Source of the DNA: Acidobacteriota bacterium
Lineage (GTDB): Bacteria; Acidobacteriota; UBA890; WLXD01
Reading direction: 5' to 3'
DNA length: 64,000 nucleotides
NCBI GenBank assembly: GCA_963666055.2
Contig: CAXWPH010000011.1
Location: 64,001 to 128,000 of the forward strand
Each line of letters begins with the position of its first letter. Position 1 is the stretch's first letter. A model generated the notes under the pieces. The model was not told where the DNA came from. It ran no database searches and saw only the letters and a program-made list of their open reading frames with translations. Position numbers and translations under genes: made by a program. Positions 48,862 to 58,858 of this stretch are shown here, in pieces.

Positions 48862-50013
48862 ATGTCGCTCTCACGTCGCGCACTCTTTGGCGTCCACGCA
48901 ACAGCGGGAAAGGGGTGGTCTGGCGCGCTCATCGCTGCCCGCGGCCGTGAAGCGCTGGTCGATGAGCTCTGGCCCAACACTGAAGATGTGGCGGTTGTGC
49001 CACCGCCGGCTAATGGTGAGATCCGTTTGAGCAGCAATGAGAACCCGCTGGGTCCTGGCGAGCGGGCCCTGGACGCCGTTCGAGAAGCGTTCAACGACGC
49101 CAGCCGGTATCCTGACAACACCAGCCTGCAAGCTGCCCTGGCGGCAGCCAACGACGCCCGCCCGGAACACGTGCTGCTCGGTGCGGGGTCGGGCGAGATC
49201 CTCAAGGACGCGGTACAGGCGTTCACCTCGAAGTCCAAGCACCTGGTTACCGCGACCCCCACCTATCTGAGGTCAGCCCGCGTCGCGGAGTACTTGGGGG
49301 CCGAGGTGAGAGCCATTCCCGTCGACGCCGACGGCAAGCTGAACCTGGGCGCGATGGCGGAGGCGGCCAAGGGAGCCGGCCTGGTCTTCGTGTGCAATCC
49401 CAACAACCCGACCGGCACGCTGCATCAGGCGGAAGCGATCGCCGAGTTCGTCGAGCAGGTGCAACACATATCTCCAGACACGGTCATTCACTTCGACGAG
49501 GCCTACCACGAGTACGTTACCGATCCCGGCTACCGATCGGCGCTGTCGTTGGCGTTATGGACACCGAACGTCTTCGTCAGCCGCACCTTCTCGAAGGTCT
49601 ACGGTATGGCGGGGCTACGGATCGGCTACGCGGTGGGGCACCGAGACACGATCGCGCAGCTAAGCCGCTACGGGCTACCGGACAACACCAACAACGTCGG
49701 CGTCGCCGCTGCCTACGCAACTTTCCAGGATACGGCGCGCATGCACCGTGAGGGAAAGCGCAACGCCGAGACGCGGCAGTTCACCGTCGACTTCTTCGAA
49801 AACGCGGGATACGGAGTGTTCGAGTCCAACGCGAACTTCATCTTCGTCAACATCGGCCGTCCAGCGGCCGATCTGCGGTCTGCGTGCGCCAAGCAAGGCA
49901 TCCGTATCGGGCGTGACTTCCCGCCGATGGAGAAGACCCACGCCCGGATCTCGATCGGGACTATGGAAGAAATGCAGCGAGCGACCGAGGTATTTGGGGA
50001 GGCGCTGGCATGA
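48862..50013 (+). CDS. PLP-dependent aminotransferase class I/II (HisC-like) with twin-Arg N-terminus, gene A
   Basis: MSLSRRALF, RLSSNENPLG, CNPNNPTG, DEAYHEY, SRTFSKVYGMAGLRIGY, RISIG. Confidence 0.92.
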   Translation: MSLSRRALFGVHATAGKGWSGALIAARGREALVDELWPNTEDVAVVPPPANGEIRLSSNENPLGPGERALDAVREAFNDASRYPDNTSLQAALAAANDARPEHVLLGAGSGEILKDAVQAFTSKSKHLVTATPTYLRSARVAEYLGAEVRAIPVDADGKLNLGAMAEAAKGAGLVFVCNPNNPTGTLHQAEAIAEFVEQVQHISPDTVIHFDEAYHEYVTDPGYRSALSLALWTPNVFVSRTFSKVYGMAGLRIGYAVGHRDTIAQLSRYGLPDNTNNVGVAAAYATFQDTARMHREGKRNAETRQFTVDFFENAGYGVFESNANFIFVNIGRPAADLRSACAKQGIRIGRDFPPMEKTHARISIGTMEEMQRATEVFGEALA

Positions 50014-51197
50014 GCGCGTCTACGAGGGAGAAGACAGGGATGTCCGTTTCACGACGCTCGTTCGTCAAGAGGGTGGGTGTCGGTTCCGCCGCCGCAGCGA
50101 TGATGGCATACGAGGGGCCTCGATCGATGGCGCGGGCCTGGTCGCTATCACTGCCGGAGGAAGAGCGGCCGCTGTTCCTGCAGTACAACGAGAACCCGCT
50201 GGGCCCGGGCGACCGGGCACTGGAGGCCATGGAGACCGGCATCACAGCGGGCAGCCACCCGACCGCACGCTACAGCATCAGCACCGCGGACCTGGTGGAC
50301 GCGATCGCAAGCACGCAGGGCGTGCCCCAGGCCAACATCATCGTCGGCAACGGCTCCACGCAGGTGCTGCGCACGGCGACGCACGTTTTCACGTCGCCCA
50401 CCAAGCACCTGGTCACCGGCGCTCCCTCCTATGGTGAGTGCTCGGGCTACGCGGAGCTGATTGGCACACCGGTAGAGTTCGTGCCGGTGGACGCTTCGCT
50501 GCGCCTCGACCTCAACGCCATGGCCGACGCCGCTAAGGGCGCCGGTATGGTGTTTCTCGATAACCCCAACAACCCGACGGCGACGCTGCATAGCGCCGAC
50601 GAAATGGGCGCCTTCATCGATCGGGTGATGACCGAGTCGGAGGCCGTGATCCTCGTCGACGAGGCTTACCACGACTACGTCACCGATCCGGCGTACCGGT
50701 CGGAGGTGACACGCGCGGTGAGGAACAAGCGAGTCCTGGTGGCGCGTACGTTCTCCAAGGCCCATGGCATGGCTGGGATGCGCATCGGCTACGGCGTGGC
50801 GCATGCCGACACGCTGGCGGCCATGCGGCAGTGGCATTATGGTTTGAGCCTCAATGTGGCGGCGATCGCCGGTGCGGCGGGATCGCTGCGGGATACGGAT
50901 CACATCGCGGCGGAGCGCGCACGCAACACCGAGGTACGCCACTTCACGGTCAACTGGTTCAAGTTGCACGGCATCCAGGGCACCGACACGCAGACCAACT
51001 TCGTCTTCATGCGTACGGGGGTGCCGGCAGCGGACTTCCGCAGCGGGTGCGCCAAGCACGCGATTCTCGTGGGTCGCGACTTCAGGCCATTCCACGACGA
51101 CTGGGCGCGGATCTCGCTCGGTACGATGGCAGAGATGCAGCGCGCCACCGAGGTTTTCGGGCGCGTGCTGCAAGTCAAGAAGGTGGCGGCGGCATAG
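50010..51197 (+). CDS. PLP-dependent aminotransferase class I/II (HisC-like) with Tat signal, gene B
   Basis: SRRSFVK + hydrophobic stretch + ARA; NENPLG, NPNNPT, DEAY, RTFSKAHGMAGMRIGY; start 50010 or 50040. Confidence 0.92.
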   Translation: MSASTREKTGMSVSRRSFVKRVGVGSAAAAMMAYEGPRSMARAWSLSLPEEERPLFLQYNENPLGPGDRALEAMETGITAGSHPTARYSISTADLVDAIASTQGVPQANIIVGNGSTQVLRTATHVFTSPTKHLVTGAPSYGECSGYAELIGTPVEFVPVDASLRLDLNAMADAAKGAGMVFLDNPNNPTATLHSADEMGAFIDRVMTESEAVILVDEAYHDYVTDPAYRSEVTRAVRNKRVLVARTFSKAHGMAGMRIGYGVAHADTLAAMRQWHYGLSLNVAAIAGAAGSLRDTDHIAAERARNTEVRHFTVNWFKLHGIQGTDTQTNFVFMRTGVPAADFRSGCAKHAILVGRDFRPFHDDWARISLGTMAEMQRATEVFGRVLQVKKVAAA

Positions 51198-51223
51198 GCG
51201 TCACGCGCCGCCGATCGAGCCGG

Positions 51224-51697
51224 ATGTCTGGTGCTGTTCGATTCTCCGGCCGAGCCGCGAACCTAGCGGTGGCGGCGCTGGCTTTGCTCGCCGTGCTACC
51301 AGTGTCGGTCGGCCTGGCCGCAGAGCCACCGCAGAGCCCGGAGGGTGCGGAGTACCGATCCACGCGCGACGGCGTGTACTCGAGCCACGAAGCTGGCCGG
51401 GGCCAGGCTCTCTACGAGCGCGTCTGCACCTACTGCCACGACATGACGGAGTTCGGCGCCGAATACATGAGCGGGTGGGAAGGTCAGCCGATCGGGGCCC
51501 TCTTCGACTTCATCAGCGCGACCATGCCGGAGGACAATCCCGGCGATCTGAGCCGGCAGCAGTACTCCGACATCGTTGCCTACCTGCTTCGTGTCAACGG
51601 CTCACCAGTCGGTGAGCAAGACATGGGCAACGACGCAGCGCAGCTCGATCAGATCCTCATCGAGGGCCCTTTCGAGGAGCGCGCCGATCAACGTTGA
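51224..51697 (+). CDS. Monoheme cytochrome c
   Basis: Signal peptide; ST.DGVY...A.RG..LY...CTYCH; ATMP..NPG.LS..QY.DIVAYLL..NG.P.G. Confidence 0.9.
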   Translation: MSGAVRFSGRAANLAVAALALLAVLPVSVGLAAEPPQSPEGAEYRSTRDGVYSSHEAGRGQALYERVCTYCHDMTEFGAEYMSGWEGQPIGALFDFISATMPEDNPGDLSRQQYSDIVAYLLRVNGSPVGEQDMGNDAAQLDQILIEGPFEERADQR

Positions 51698-51894
51698 TGT
51701 GCTCGCACCGGCAACCGACCGCCTGCCGCTAGCAGGCCCTGGTGGGCCGAGGGCTGCGCTGGGCAACGCTCGCCGCCATCCTTGCCACCGTGGTCTGGCT
51801 CCTGTCGATTCTGTTCGGGGCACACCTGCGGCTGGGGCAGGAACATCCGAGCAGCTCAGACAACACCGCCGTGCCGTCGCGCGGGAACAATTCC

Positions 51895-51921
51895 TTGACG
51901 AATCGAGGTAGCCTAGGCTAC
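51895..51921 (+). promoter_or_regulatory. TTGACG plus palindrome GTAGCCTAGGCTAC, copy 2
   Basis: Identical to 48795-48821. Confidence 0.65.
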
Positions 51922-51962
51922 ATGATGTCAACGTCTTGTCTGGAAGGAGGGGGTACCCACTT

Positions 51963-53128
51963 ATGTCGCTCTCGCGTCGCGCGCTCTTCGGGGCTCACCC
52001 ACCAAATCGGAGCGAGCGGCCGGGAGCGTTGATCGCGGCCCGCGGCCGCGAAGCGCTGGTTGATGAGCCCTGGCCCAACATCGACGAAGCTGCGGCTGTC
52101 GCGCCGCCAGCCAGCGGTGAGATCCGTTTGATGTTCAACGAGAACCCGCTGGGGCCCGGGGAGCGGGCACTGGACGCCGTTCGCGAGGCGTTCCATGACG
52201 CCAGCCGTTATCCCGACAATACCAGCCCGAGCATGGGCGACCTGCAGGCAGCCCTGGCCGCGGCCAACGACGCCCGTCCGGAGCACGTGCTGCTTGGTGC
52301 GGGATCTGAGGAGCTTCTCAAAGACGCTGTTCAGGCATTCACCTCGAAGTCCAAGCACCTGGTTACCGCGACACCTACCTATGTGGCTTCAGCGCGCGTC
52401 GCCGAGTATCTGGGGACTGAGGTGAAAGCCATTCCCGTCGACAGCGACGGCAAGCTGAACTTGGGCGCGATGGCGGAGGCTTCCAGGGGCGCCGGTCTGG
52501 TCTTCGTGTGCAATCCGAACAATCCGACCGCGACGGTGCATCAGGCAGAGGCGATCGCCGAGTTTGTCGAGCGAGTGCAGCACGTCTCGCCGGAGACCGT
52601 CATCCATTTCGACGAGGCGTACCACGAGTACGTCACCGAACCCGGTTATCGGTCGGCGCTGTCGCTGGCGCTGTGGACGCCTAACGTCTTCGTCAGCCGC
52701 ACTTTTTCGAAGGTATACGGCTTGGCGGGGCTACGCATCGGCTACGCCGTGGGCCACAAGGACACGATCGCACAGCTGGGACGCTACGGGCTGCCCATCA
52801 ACACCAACAACGTCGGCGTCGCCGCCGCCTACGCTACTTTCCACGACTCGGTTCGTACGCGTCGCGAGAAACAGCGCAACGCCGAGGCACGGCGGTTCAC
52901 CATCGACTTCTTCAGGAAGGCGGGTCACGAGGTCTTCGAATCCAATACGAACTTCATCTTCGTGAACATCGGCCGCCCGGCAGCGGGATGCGCACCGCTT
53001 GCCAAGAGCACGGCATCCGTATCGGTCGCGACTTCCCGCCGATGGAAAGAACCCACGCGCGGATCTCGATCGGAACCATAGAACAGATGCAGCAGGCCAC
53101 CGAGGTATTCGCGAAGGTGCTGGCATGA
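51963..53128 (+). pseudogene. HisC-like aminotransferase gene A copy 2, frameshifted
   Basis: Colinear with 48862-50013; 1-nt loss near 52988; the shifted frame resumes ...RTACQEHGIRIGRDFPPME...VLA* ending at 53128. Confidence 0.88.
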
Positions 53129-54312
53129 GCCCGGCTACGAGGGAGAAGACAGGGATGTCCGTTTCACGACGCTCGTTCGTCAAGAAAGTCGGTATCGGCT
53201 CCGCCGCCGCAGCGATGATGGCCTACGATGGGCCGCGATCCGTGGCGCGAGCCTGGTCGCTATCGCTGCCGGAGGAAGAGCGCCCGGTATTTCTGCAATA
53301 CAACGAGAACCCGCTCGGCCCCGGTGCCCGGGCCCTGGATGCCATGGAAACCGGCATCACGGCCGGCAATCACCCCACCGCGCGCTACGGTCTCAGTAGG
53401 ACCGCCCTGGTAGACGCGATCACCGCAACGCAAGGGGTGCCACAGGCCAATATCGTCATCGGCAACGGCTCCACACAGATACTGCGCACGGCGACGCACG
53501 TTTTCACGTCGCCTTCCAAGCATCTGGTCACCGGCGCTCCCTCCTATGGTGAGTGCTCGGGCTACGCCGAGGTCATCGGCACGCCAGTCGAGTTCGTCCC
53601 GGTGAGCACTTCCATGCGGCTAGACCTCGATGCCATGGCCGATGCCGCCAAGGGCGCCGGCCTGATATTTGTCGACAACCCCAACAACCCGACCGCGACG
53701 CTACACGACGGCGACGCCATGGGCGCCTTCATCGATCGGGTCATGACCGAGTCCGAGGCCGTGATCCTCATCGACGAGGCGTATCACGACTACGTGATGG
53801 ATCCGGCGTATCGGTCGGAGATCACCCGCGCCGTGAGGAACAAGCGGATCCTGGTGGCCCGTACGTTCTCCAAGGCGCACGGTATGGCCGGGATGCGCAT
53901 CGGCTACGGTGTGGCGCACACCGACACGCTGGCCACCATGAATGAATGGCACTACGACAGCGGTCTCAATGTGGCGGCCATAGCCGGGGCGGCGGCTTCC
54001 CTGCGGGACACCGAGCACACCGCTGCCGAGCAAGCGCGCAACACCGAGGTACGCCGCTTCACCGTCGACTGATTCGAGTCGCGCGGCATTCACGGCACCG
54101 ACACGCAGACCAACTTCCTATTCGTGCGCACGGGCGTGCCGGCAGCGGACTTCCGCAGCGGCTGCGCCGAGTACGGGATCATCGTGGGGCGGAATTTCGC
54201 GCCGTTCCAAGATGCCTGGGCGCGGATCTCCCTGGGCACGATGGAGGAGATGCAGCGCGCTACAGAGGTCTTCGAGCACGTGCTAGAGCTCAAGAAGGTG
54301 GCCGTAGCCTAG
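53125..54312 (+). pseudogene. HisC-like aminotransferase gene B copy 2, internal nonsense codon
   Basis: TGA at 54070-54072 where copy 1 has TGG (Trp); the frame continues to KKVAVA* at 54312. Confidence 0.88.
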
Positions 54313-54338
54313 AGTCGACGCGCTGCCGAGCGAGCCGG

Positions 54339-54679
54339 AGGTCTGATGCTGCCGTGCGACCCTGCTGGCCCGCCGCGACACTTGCGGTAGCGGCGCTGGC
54401 CGTGCGCGCCGTAGTGCCAGTGTCGGTCGGCCTGGCCGCAGAGCCACCGCAGAGCCCGGAGGGCGCGGGCAACCGATCTACGCGCGACAGTGTGTACTCG
54501 AGCCACGAAGCTGGCCGCGGCCAGGCTCTCTACGAGCGCATCTGCAGCTACTGCCACGACATGACGGAGTTCGGCGTTGAATACATGACCGGATGGGAAG
54601 GTCAGCCGGTCGGAGCCCTCTTCGACTTCATCAGATCCTCATCGAGGGCCCTTTCAAGGAGCGTGCCGACCAACGTTGA
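54339..54679 (+). pseudogene. Cytochrome c copy 2, start lost and 136-bp deletion
   Basis: ATG is AGG at 54339; CSYCH retained; junction TTCATCAG|ATCCTC removes the segment between two ATCAG (51512-51516 and 51648-51652 in copy 1). Confidence 0.85.
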
Positions 54680-54920
54680 TGCGCTCGCACCGGCAACCGA
54701 CCGCCCGCCGCTAGCAGGCCGTGGTGGGCCGAGGTGCCGCGTTGGGCAAGGTTCGCCGCCATCCTTGCCACCGTGGTCTGGCTCCTGTCGATTTCTGTTC
54801 GGCGCACACCTGCGGCTGGGGCAGGAACATCCGATGGTCATCCCGACAAAGGCGACGACGGAGCCCTGACCGGTTAGGATGGCGCAGCGTTCGGTGCCAC
54901 CTCTTCCTGGAGGATCTGCG

Positions 54921-55949
54921 ATGACCCGTCTACCCCGCATCGGTCTCGGATTGCTGGCGATCCTGATGGTTTCGGCCGCCCTGTCAAACGCTGGGGCTCA
55001 GAACAGCTCTCCCAACCCCTACCGTACCGTCGAGGGCGTCTGGGCCCAGCTCCCCGACGGCAGGCAGTGGGGCGCCACCAGCGCCGTCTACCCTGCCCTC
55101 GATGGCGTGAACATTTGGGTGGCCGAGCGCTGCGGTGCCAACACGTGCGTCGGCACGGACATGTCGACGATCTTCCTGTACTCGCCCGACGGTGCGGTGC
55201 TCAAGAGCTTCGGCGGCGACGGCCTCTTCGCCTGGCCGCACGGCATGCACGTCGACTCCGAGGGCAACGTCTGGGTCACCGACGCGGTCGGCTTCGGCGA
55301 GCCGCCGGAGGGCTTGGGGCATGTCGTCTACAAGTTCAGTGCCGACGGCGAGCTGCTGATGACGCTGGGCAAGAAGGGCATCGCCGGCGACGGCGAGGAT
55401 ACCTTCCGCCAGCCCTCGGACGTGCTGGTGGCCCCCAACGGCGATATCTTCGTCGCCGACGGCCACGGGGCTGATGGCAACAATCGGATCGTCAAGCTGT
55501 CGAGCGACGGAACCTTCATCAAGGCATGGGGACAGACCGGGCATGGCCCGGGTGAGTTCAGAGACCCGCATGCCCTGGCGATGGACTCTCAGGGGCGCCT
55601 GTTTGTCGGCGACCGTAGAAACCGCCGTATCCAGGTCTTCGACCAGGATGGAATCCACCTCGCCACCTGGACGCAGTTCGGTGGACCCAGCGGGCTGTAC
55701 ATAGACGCCAACGACGTGATGTATTCCGCCGATTCCGAATCCAACTCGAGCACCAACCCCGGTTGGAAGCGCGGCATCCGCATCGGCAGCGTCACCGACG
55801 GCTTCGTGACCGCGTTTATTCCCGATCCGGAGCCCGATCAGGACAACCTCGGAACCAGTGCCGCCGAAGGTGTCGCGGCCGACTCCATGGGGAACGTCTA
55901 CGGTGCCGAAGTCGGGCCGCAGGCGCTGAGGAAGCACATCAAGCGCTGA
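54921..55949 (+). CDS. NHL-repeat beta-propeller, peptidyl-alpha-hydroxyglycine alpha-amidating lyase (PAL)-like, secreted
   Basis: Signal peptide; FAWPHG.HVD.EGNVWVTD, F.QPSDV...NGDIFVADG, DPHALA.DS.GRLFVGDR.N.RIQVFD. Confidence 0.88.
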   Translation: MTRLPRIGLGLLAILMVSAALSNAGAQNSSPNPYRTVEGVWAQLPDGRQWGATSAVYPALDGVNIWVAERCGANTCVGTDMSTIFLYSPDGAVLKSFGGDGLFAWPHGMHVDSEGNVWVTDAVGFGEPPEGLGHVVYKFSADGELLMTLGKKGIAGDGEDTFRQPSDVLVAPNGDIFVADGHGADGNNRIVKLSSDGTFIKAWGQTGHGPGEFRDPHALAMDSQGRLFVGDRRNRRIQVFDQDGIHLATWTQFGGPSGLYIDANDVMYSADSESNSSTNPGWKRGIRIGSVTDGFVTAFIPDPEPDQDNLGTSAAEGVAADSMGNVYGAEVGPQALRKHIKR

Positions 55950-55983
55950 GCAGGATCCTGCACTGAGGATCTCTGGCAGGGTG

Positions 55984-58503
55984 CTACTGACGGAGCTGAA
56001 CAGCAATCGCCTCGAACCGCGGATCGTCGCGAAGCGTCTCGAAGTCCGGCTCGTCCATCAAGGTCTCGATAACGGGAAACCCGTAGCGCCGCGCCCGTCG
56101 GAGCCATTCGAGGGCGGCGGGAACATCACCGCGTCGAGCCTCGATTCGGGCCAATTGGAAGGCAGTCTCCGCCGTCTCCGGGTGATCCTCGCCGAGCATC
56201 CGGAGCTCGATCTCGAGAGTCTGCAGGTATAGGAGCTCGGCCTCGTCGTTGCGTCCCTCATCCCGGAACAAAGAAGCCAGGTTGCATATAGACCACTGGG
56301 TACGAAGATGGTCCCCACCCAGCATACGGCGACGTAGATCCAGCGCGGTACGGAGCAGAGGCTCAGCAGCGCGGTATTGTCCGAGTTCCCGATAGGCCTC
56401 TCCCAGCAGGCTCATCGACTCCAGCGTATCGGGGTGATCCTCGCCGAGTGAGCGGCGAGCCCTCTCGACGCTCGGCTCCAGGATCGCCACGACGTCGTCG
56501 TACTGGCTGCGGTAGAAGTGCGACAGCCCCAGCACGTACTCAGAGGTAAGCGTGTATCGGTGCTCCTCACCCAGAACCCGGCGCCGCGCGGCGAGCACCT
56601 CGGTGGCGAGCGTCTCGGCCTCAGCGTAGCGCCCCTGACTGATCGACATCGAGGCGAGATTGTGGGCCAGGGTAAGGGTCAGCGGATGGTCCTCGCCGTC
56701 GGCGCGCCGCGCTACCTCGATGGCATCACGAGTGAGCTCCTCCGCCTCGTCGATGCGCCCTTGGTTTTGGAGCAGCGCCCCGAGGCTGAGCAACGCCTGA
56801 AGCGTATCCGGGTGCCCCTCGCCCAGAACGCTGGCGCGCGCCTCCACCGTCTGGCGCAAAAGATCCTCGGCCTCGACGTATCGAGCTTGACCGTTGTAGG
56901 CAAGCGCCAACACGCGCATCGAGTCGATGGTGTCCAGGTGCTGGACTCCCAGGACGCGCTGCCGGCTCGCGAGCACCTCGTCACCAAGCTGCTCAGCGAC
57001 CTCGAACTGCCCACGCTCAGTGTGCAGCTCAACCAAGTCGGCCTTCGATGCCAACGTCTGAGGGTCGTCGTACCCGAGCAGCTCGGTGCGCGACGACAGG
57101 GCGCGCTCAAGCAGCGGCAGCGCCGCCTCGTAGAGCCCGAGACTCGAATACACGTTGCCCATGGTCTCGAGCAGCTGCGCCTGAATCAGCGGTTCATCAT
57201 CGAGGTCTCCACGGATGCTGGCCACACCCTGATCGAGAATCTCCCTCGCAGTGACCGCGTTACCTCGTGCTTCGCTCGGATCAGAGACTTGGAAGAGCCC
57301 GCTCAGGAACTGCGACACCCGCTGCGCCGTCTCGGCCTCGCGGTTGGCTCGGTCGCGCTCGCGGGCGATGCGCACCGCCTGCAGGCTCATCGACGCTCCG
57401 AACGCGATCAGCAGCACGGCCAGGGTGGCGGCGGCCGTCACCCCAAAGCGGTGGCGGCGCACGAACTTGCGCATACGGTAGGCGGCACTGGGCGGCGTCG
57501 CTTCCACCGGTTCGTCCGCCAAGTACCTTCTGAGATCTGCCGCCAACTCCGCCGGTGAGCCGTACCTGCGCGTGCGGTCTTTCTCTAGCGACTTCATGGT
57601 GATCCAGTCAAGATCACCACGCAGCTCGCCCACTAGCGCCAGAGGGTCGGTCTGTCGTCGCGCCGCAGCGGCGATCGACGCATCCCCGAGGCCGCTCACT
57701 CGCGTGCTGGGCTTAGATGGCTCGTCTTCGCGGATCCTGCGGTGAATCTCGATCAGCCCCGCCTGGCGTAGCTCCCGCGCGTCAAAGGGCAGCGCCCCGA
57801 CGAGCAACTCGTACAGCACCACGCCGAGCGCGTAAACATCCGTCCGGGTGTCGACATCCTGCTGGCTCATCTCTGCTTGCTCGGGACTCATGTACTCTGG
57901 CGTGCCGATCAGCTGTCCGAGCTCGGTGAACACGGTATTTTCAGTGAGCCGCTGGGCTGTCGCCTTGGCGACGCCGAAATCGATGATCTTCGGAACCGCT
58001 TCGTCGTCCTGAACCGCCACGAGCACGTTCGACGGCTTGATGTCCCGGTGGATGATCGCTTTCTGGTGGGCATGCTGAACGCCCGCGCACACTCGCTGAA
58101 ACAGCTCCAGACGCTGTCGCACGCTGAGACGGTTGCGGTCGCAGTGGTCGGTGATCGGAATCCCCTGTACATACTCCATGACGAAGTACGGTCGCCCGCT
58201 CTCGGTCGCTCCGGCGTCGAACACCTTGGCGATGCATGGATGATCCATCATCGCCAAGGCCTGGCGCTCGGACTCGAAACGCGCCACGACCTGCTTGGTG
58301 TCCATACCGTGCTTGATCATCTTCAAGGCGACGCGGCGGCGCACGGGCTCGATCTGCTCAGCTAGGTAAACATCGCCCATGCCACCCTCGCCAATCTTCT
58401 GGAGGATTCGGTAGGGCCCGATCACTTCCTGGGCGTCGAGTTGCGAATCCCGAGCCACCGTGGTGCGCTCGGCGCGCTCGATCGGATCCCGCTCGTCGGT
58501 CAC
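55984..58503 (-). CDS. Hanks Ser/Thr kinase with TM and kinesin-light-chain-type TPR array
   Basis: IGEGGMG.VY, VALK, HRDIKPSN, IDFG, GTPEYMSPEQ, DVYALG; repeated LGEDHP.TL; start 58503 or 58593. Confidence 0.94.
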   Translation of the reverse strand: MTDERDPIERAERTTVARDSQLDAQEVIGPYRILQKIGEGGMGDVYLAEQIEPVRRRVALKMIKHGMDTKQVVARFESERQALAMMDHPCIAKVFDAGATESGRPYFVMEYVQGIPITDHCDRNRLSVRQRLELFQRVCAGVQHAHQKAIIHRDIKPSNVLVAVQDDEAVPKIIDFGVAKATAQRLTENTVFTELGQLIGTPEYMSPEQAEMSQQDVDTRTDVYALGVVLYELLVGALPFDARELRQAGLIEIHRRIREDEPSKPSTRVSGLGDASIAAAARRQTDPLALVGELRGDLDWITMKSLEKDRTRRYGSPAELAADLRRYLADEPVEATPPSAAYRMRKFVRRHRFGVTAAATLAVLLIAFGASMSLQAVRIARERDRANREAETAQRVSQFLSGLFQVSDPSEARGNAVTAREILDQGVASIRGDLDDEPLIQAQLLETMGNVYSSLGLYEAALPLLERALSSRTELLGYDDPQTLASKADLVELHTERGQFEVAEQLGDEVLASRQRVLGVQHLDTIDSMRVLALAYNGQARYVEAEDLLRQTVEARASVLGEGHPDTLQALLSLGALLQNQGRIDEAEELTRDAIEVARRADGEDHPLTLTLAHNLASMSISQGRYAEAETLATEVLAARRRVLGEEHRYTLTSEYVLGLSHFYRSQYDDVVAILEPSVERARRSLGEDHPDTLESMSLLGEAYRELGQYRAAEPLLRTALDLRRRMLGGDHLRTQWSICNLASLFRDEGRNDEAELLYLQTLEIELRMLGEDHPETAETAFQLARIEARRGDVPAALEWLRRARRYGFPVIETLMDEPDFETLRDDPRFEAIAVQLRQ

Positions 58504-58601
58504 CGCTAGCCCCTGAGCGGTGGATCGAGCAACCTGTCCATCCGACGTGGTAGTGGACGGGCGGCGGGATGCGCGGCTCTGTTCTCCGACCATGGTTGCA
58601 T

Positions 58602-58650
58602 CATCAGGAACCCGCCTCGTCTCAGGTACTGGCGCAGTCGGCGTCGCGTC
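58602..58650 (-). pseudogene. Possible DUF4159 remnant
   Basis: RRLRQYLRRGGFLMM resembles the L..YL..GGF..(DD) segment of DUF4159. Confidence 0.35.
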
Positions 58651-58858
58651 GTCGGAGCGTTGAGCAGGCTGATCTGCCCCAGCCGGTCGCCATCGCTGGC
58701 AGACGGTAGCACGACGAGTCCAGTGCCAGGCGGGATACTCGCGGCGCGCTCCTCCACTTCACATGCGGCCGCCAACCACGCGCCAGGCGCCCAGAATAGC
58801 TAGACTACGTTGCGGATCTTGAGTGGCACATGGGAGCAACGTATTGTAGCGAAGTCCG

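Larger units (their letters stand above)
48760..54835 (+). repeat. Direct tandem duplication, units about 48760-51850 and 51861-54835
   Basis: Identical block CAATTCCTTGACGAATCGAGGTAGCCTAGGCTACA 3100 bp apart; both units end in GGGGCAGGAACATCCGA; gene order repeated. Confidence 0.95.

Noticed and set aside
48862-51197. Calling these genes hisC
   Set aside because: Twin-Arg N-termini, a paralogous pair and no his operon context; only the family is supported
48788-51922. Two identical 35-bp repeats as CRISPR repeats or att sites
   Set aside because: Only two copies, 3.1 kb apart, each at the same place in a duplicated operon; no cas or integrase gene
54070-54072. In-frame TGA as selenocysteine or genetic-code-4/25 recoding
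   Set aside because: The paralogous codon is Trp, not Cys; many genes here end in TGA with ATGA coupling; the neighbouring genes of the same copy are also broken, so a nonsense mutation is simpler
55950-55961. Palindrome GCAGGATCCTGC after the NHL gene stop
   Set aside because: Too short to interpret alone; may be a degenerate member of the CAGG-end family or part of a terminator
56100-57200. Periodic repeats in the kinase C-terminus
   Set aside because: Ordinary 42-aa TPR repeats (LGEDHP), not a DNA-level array
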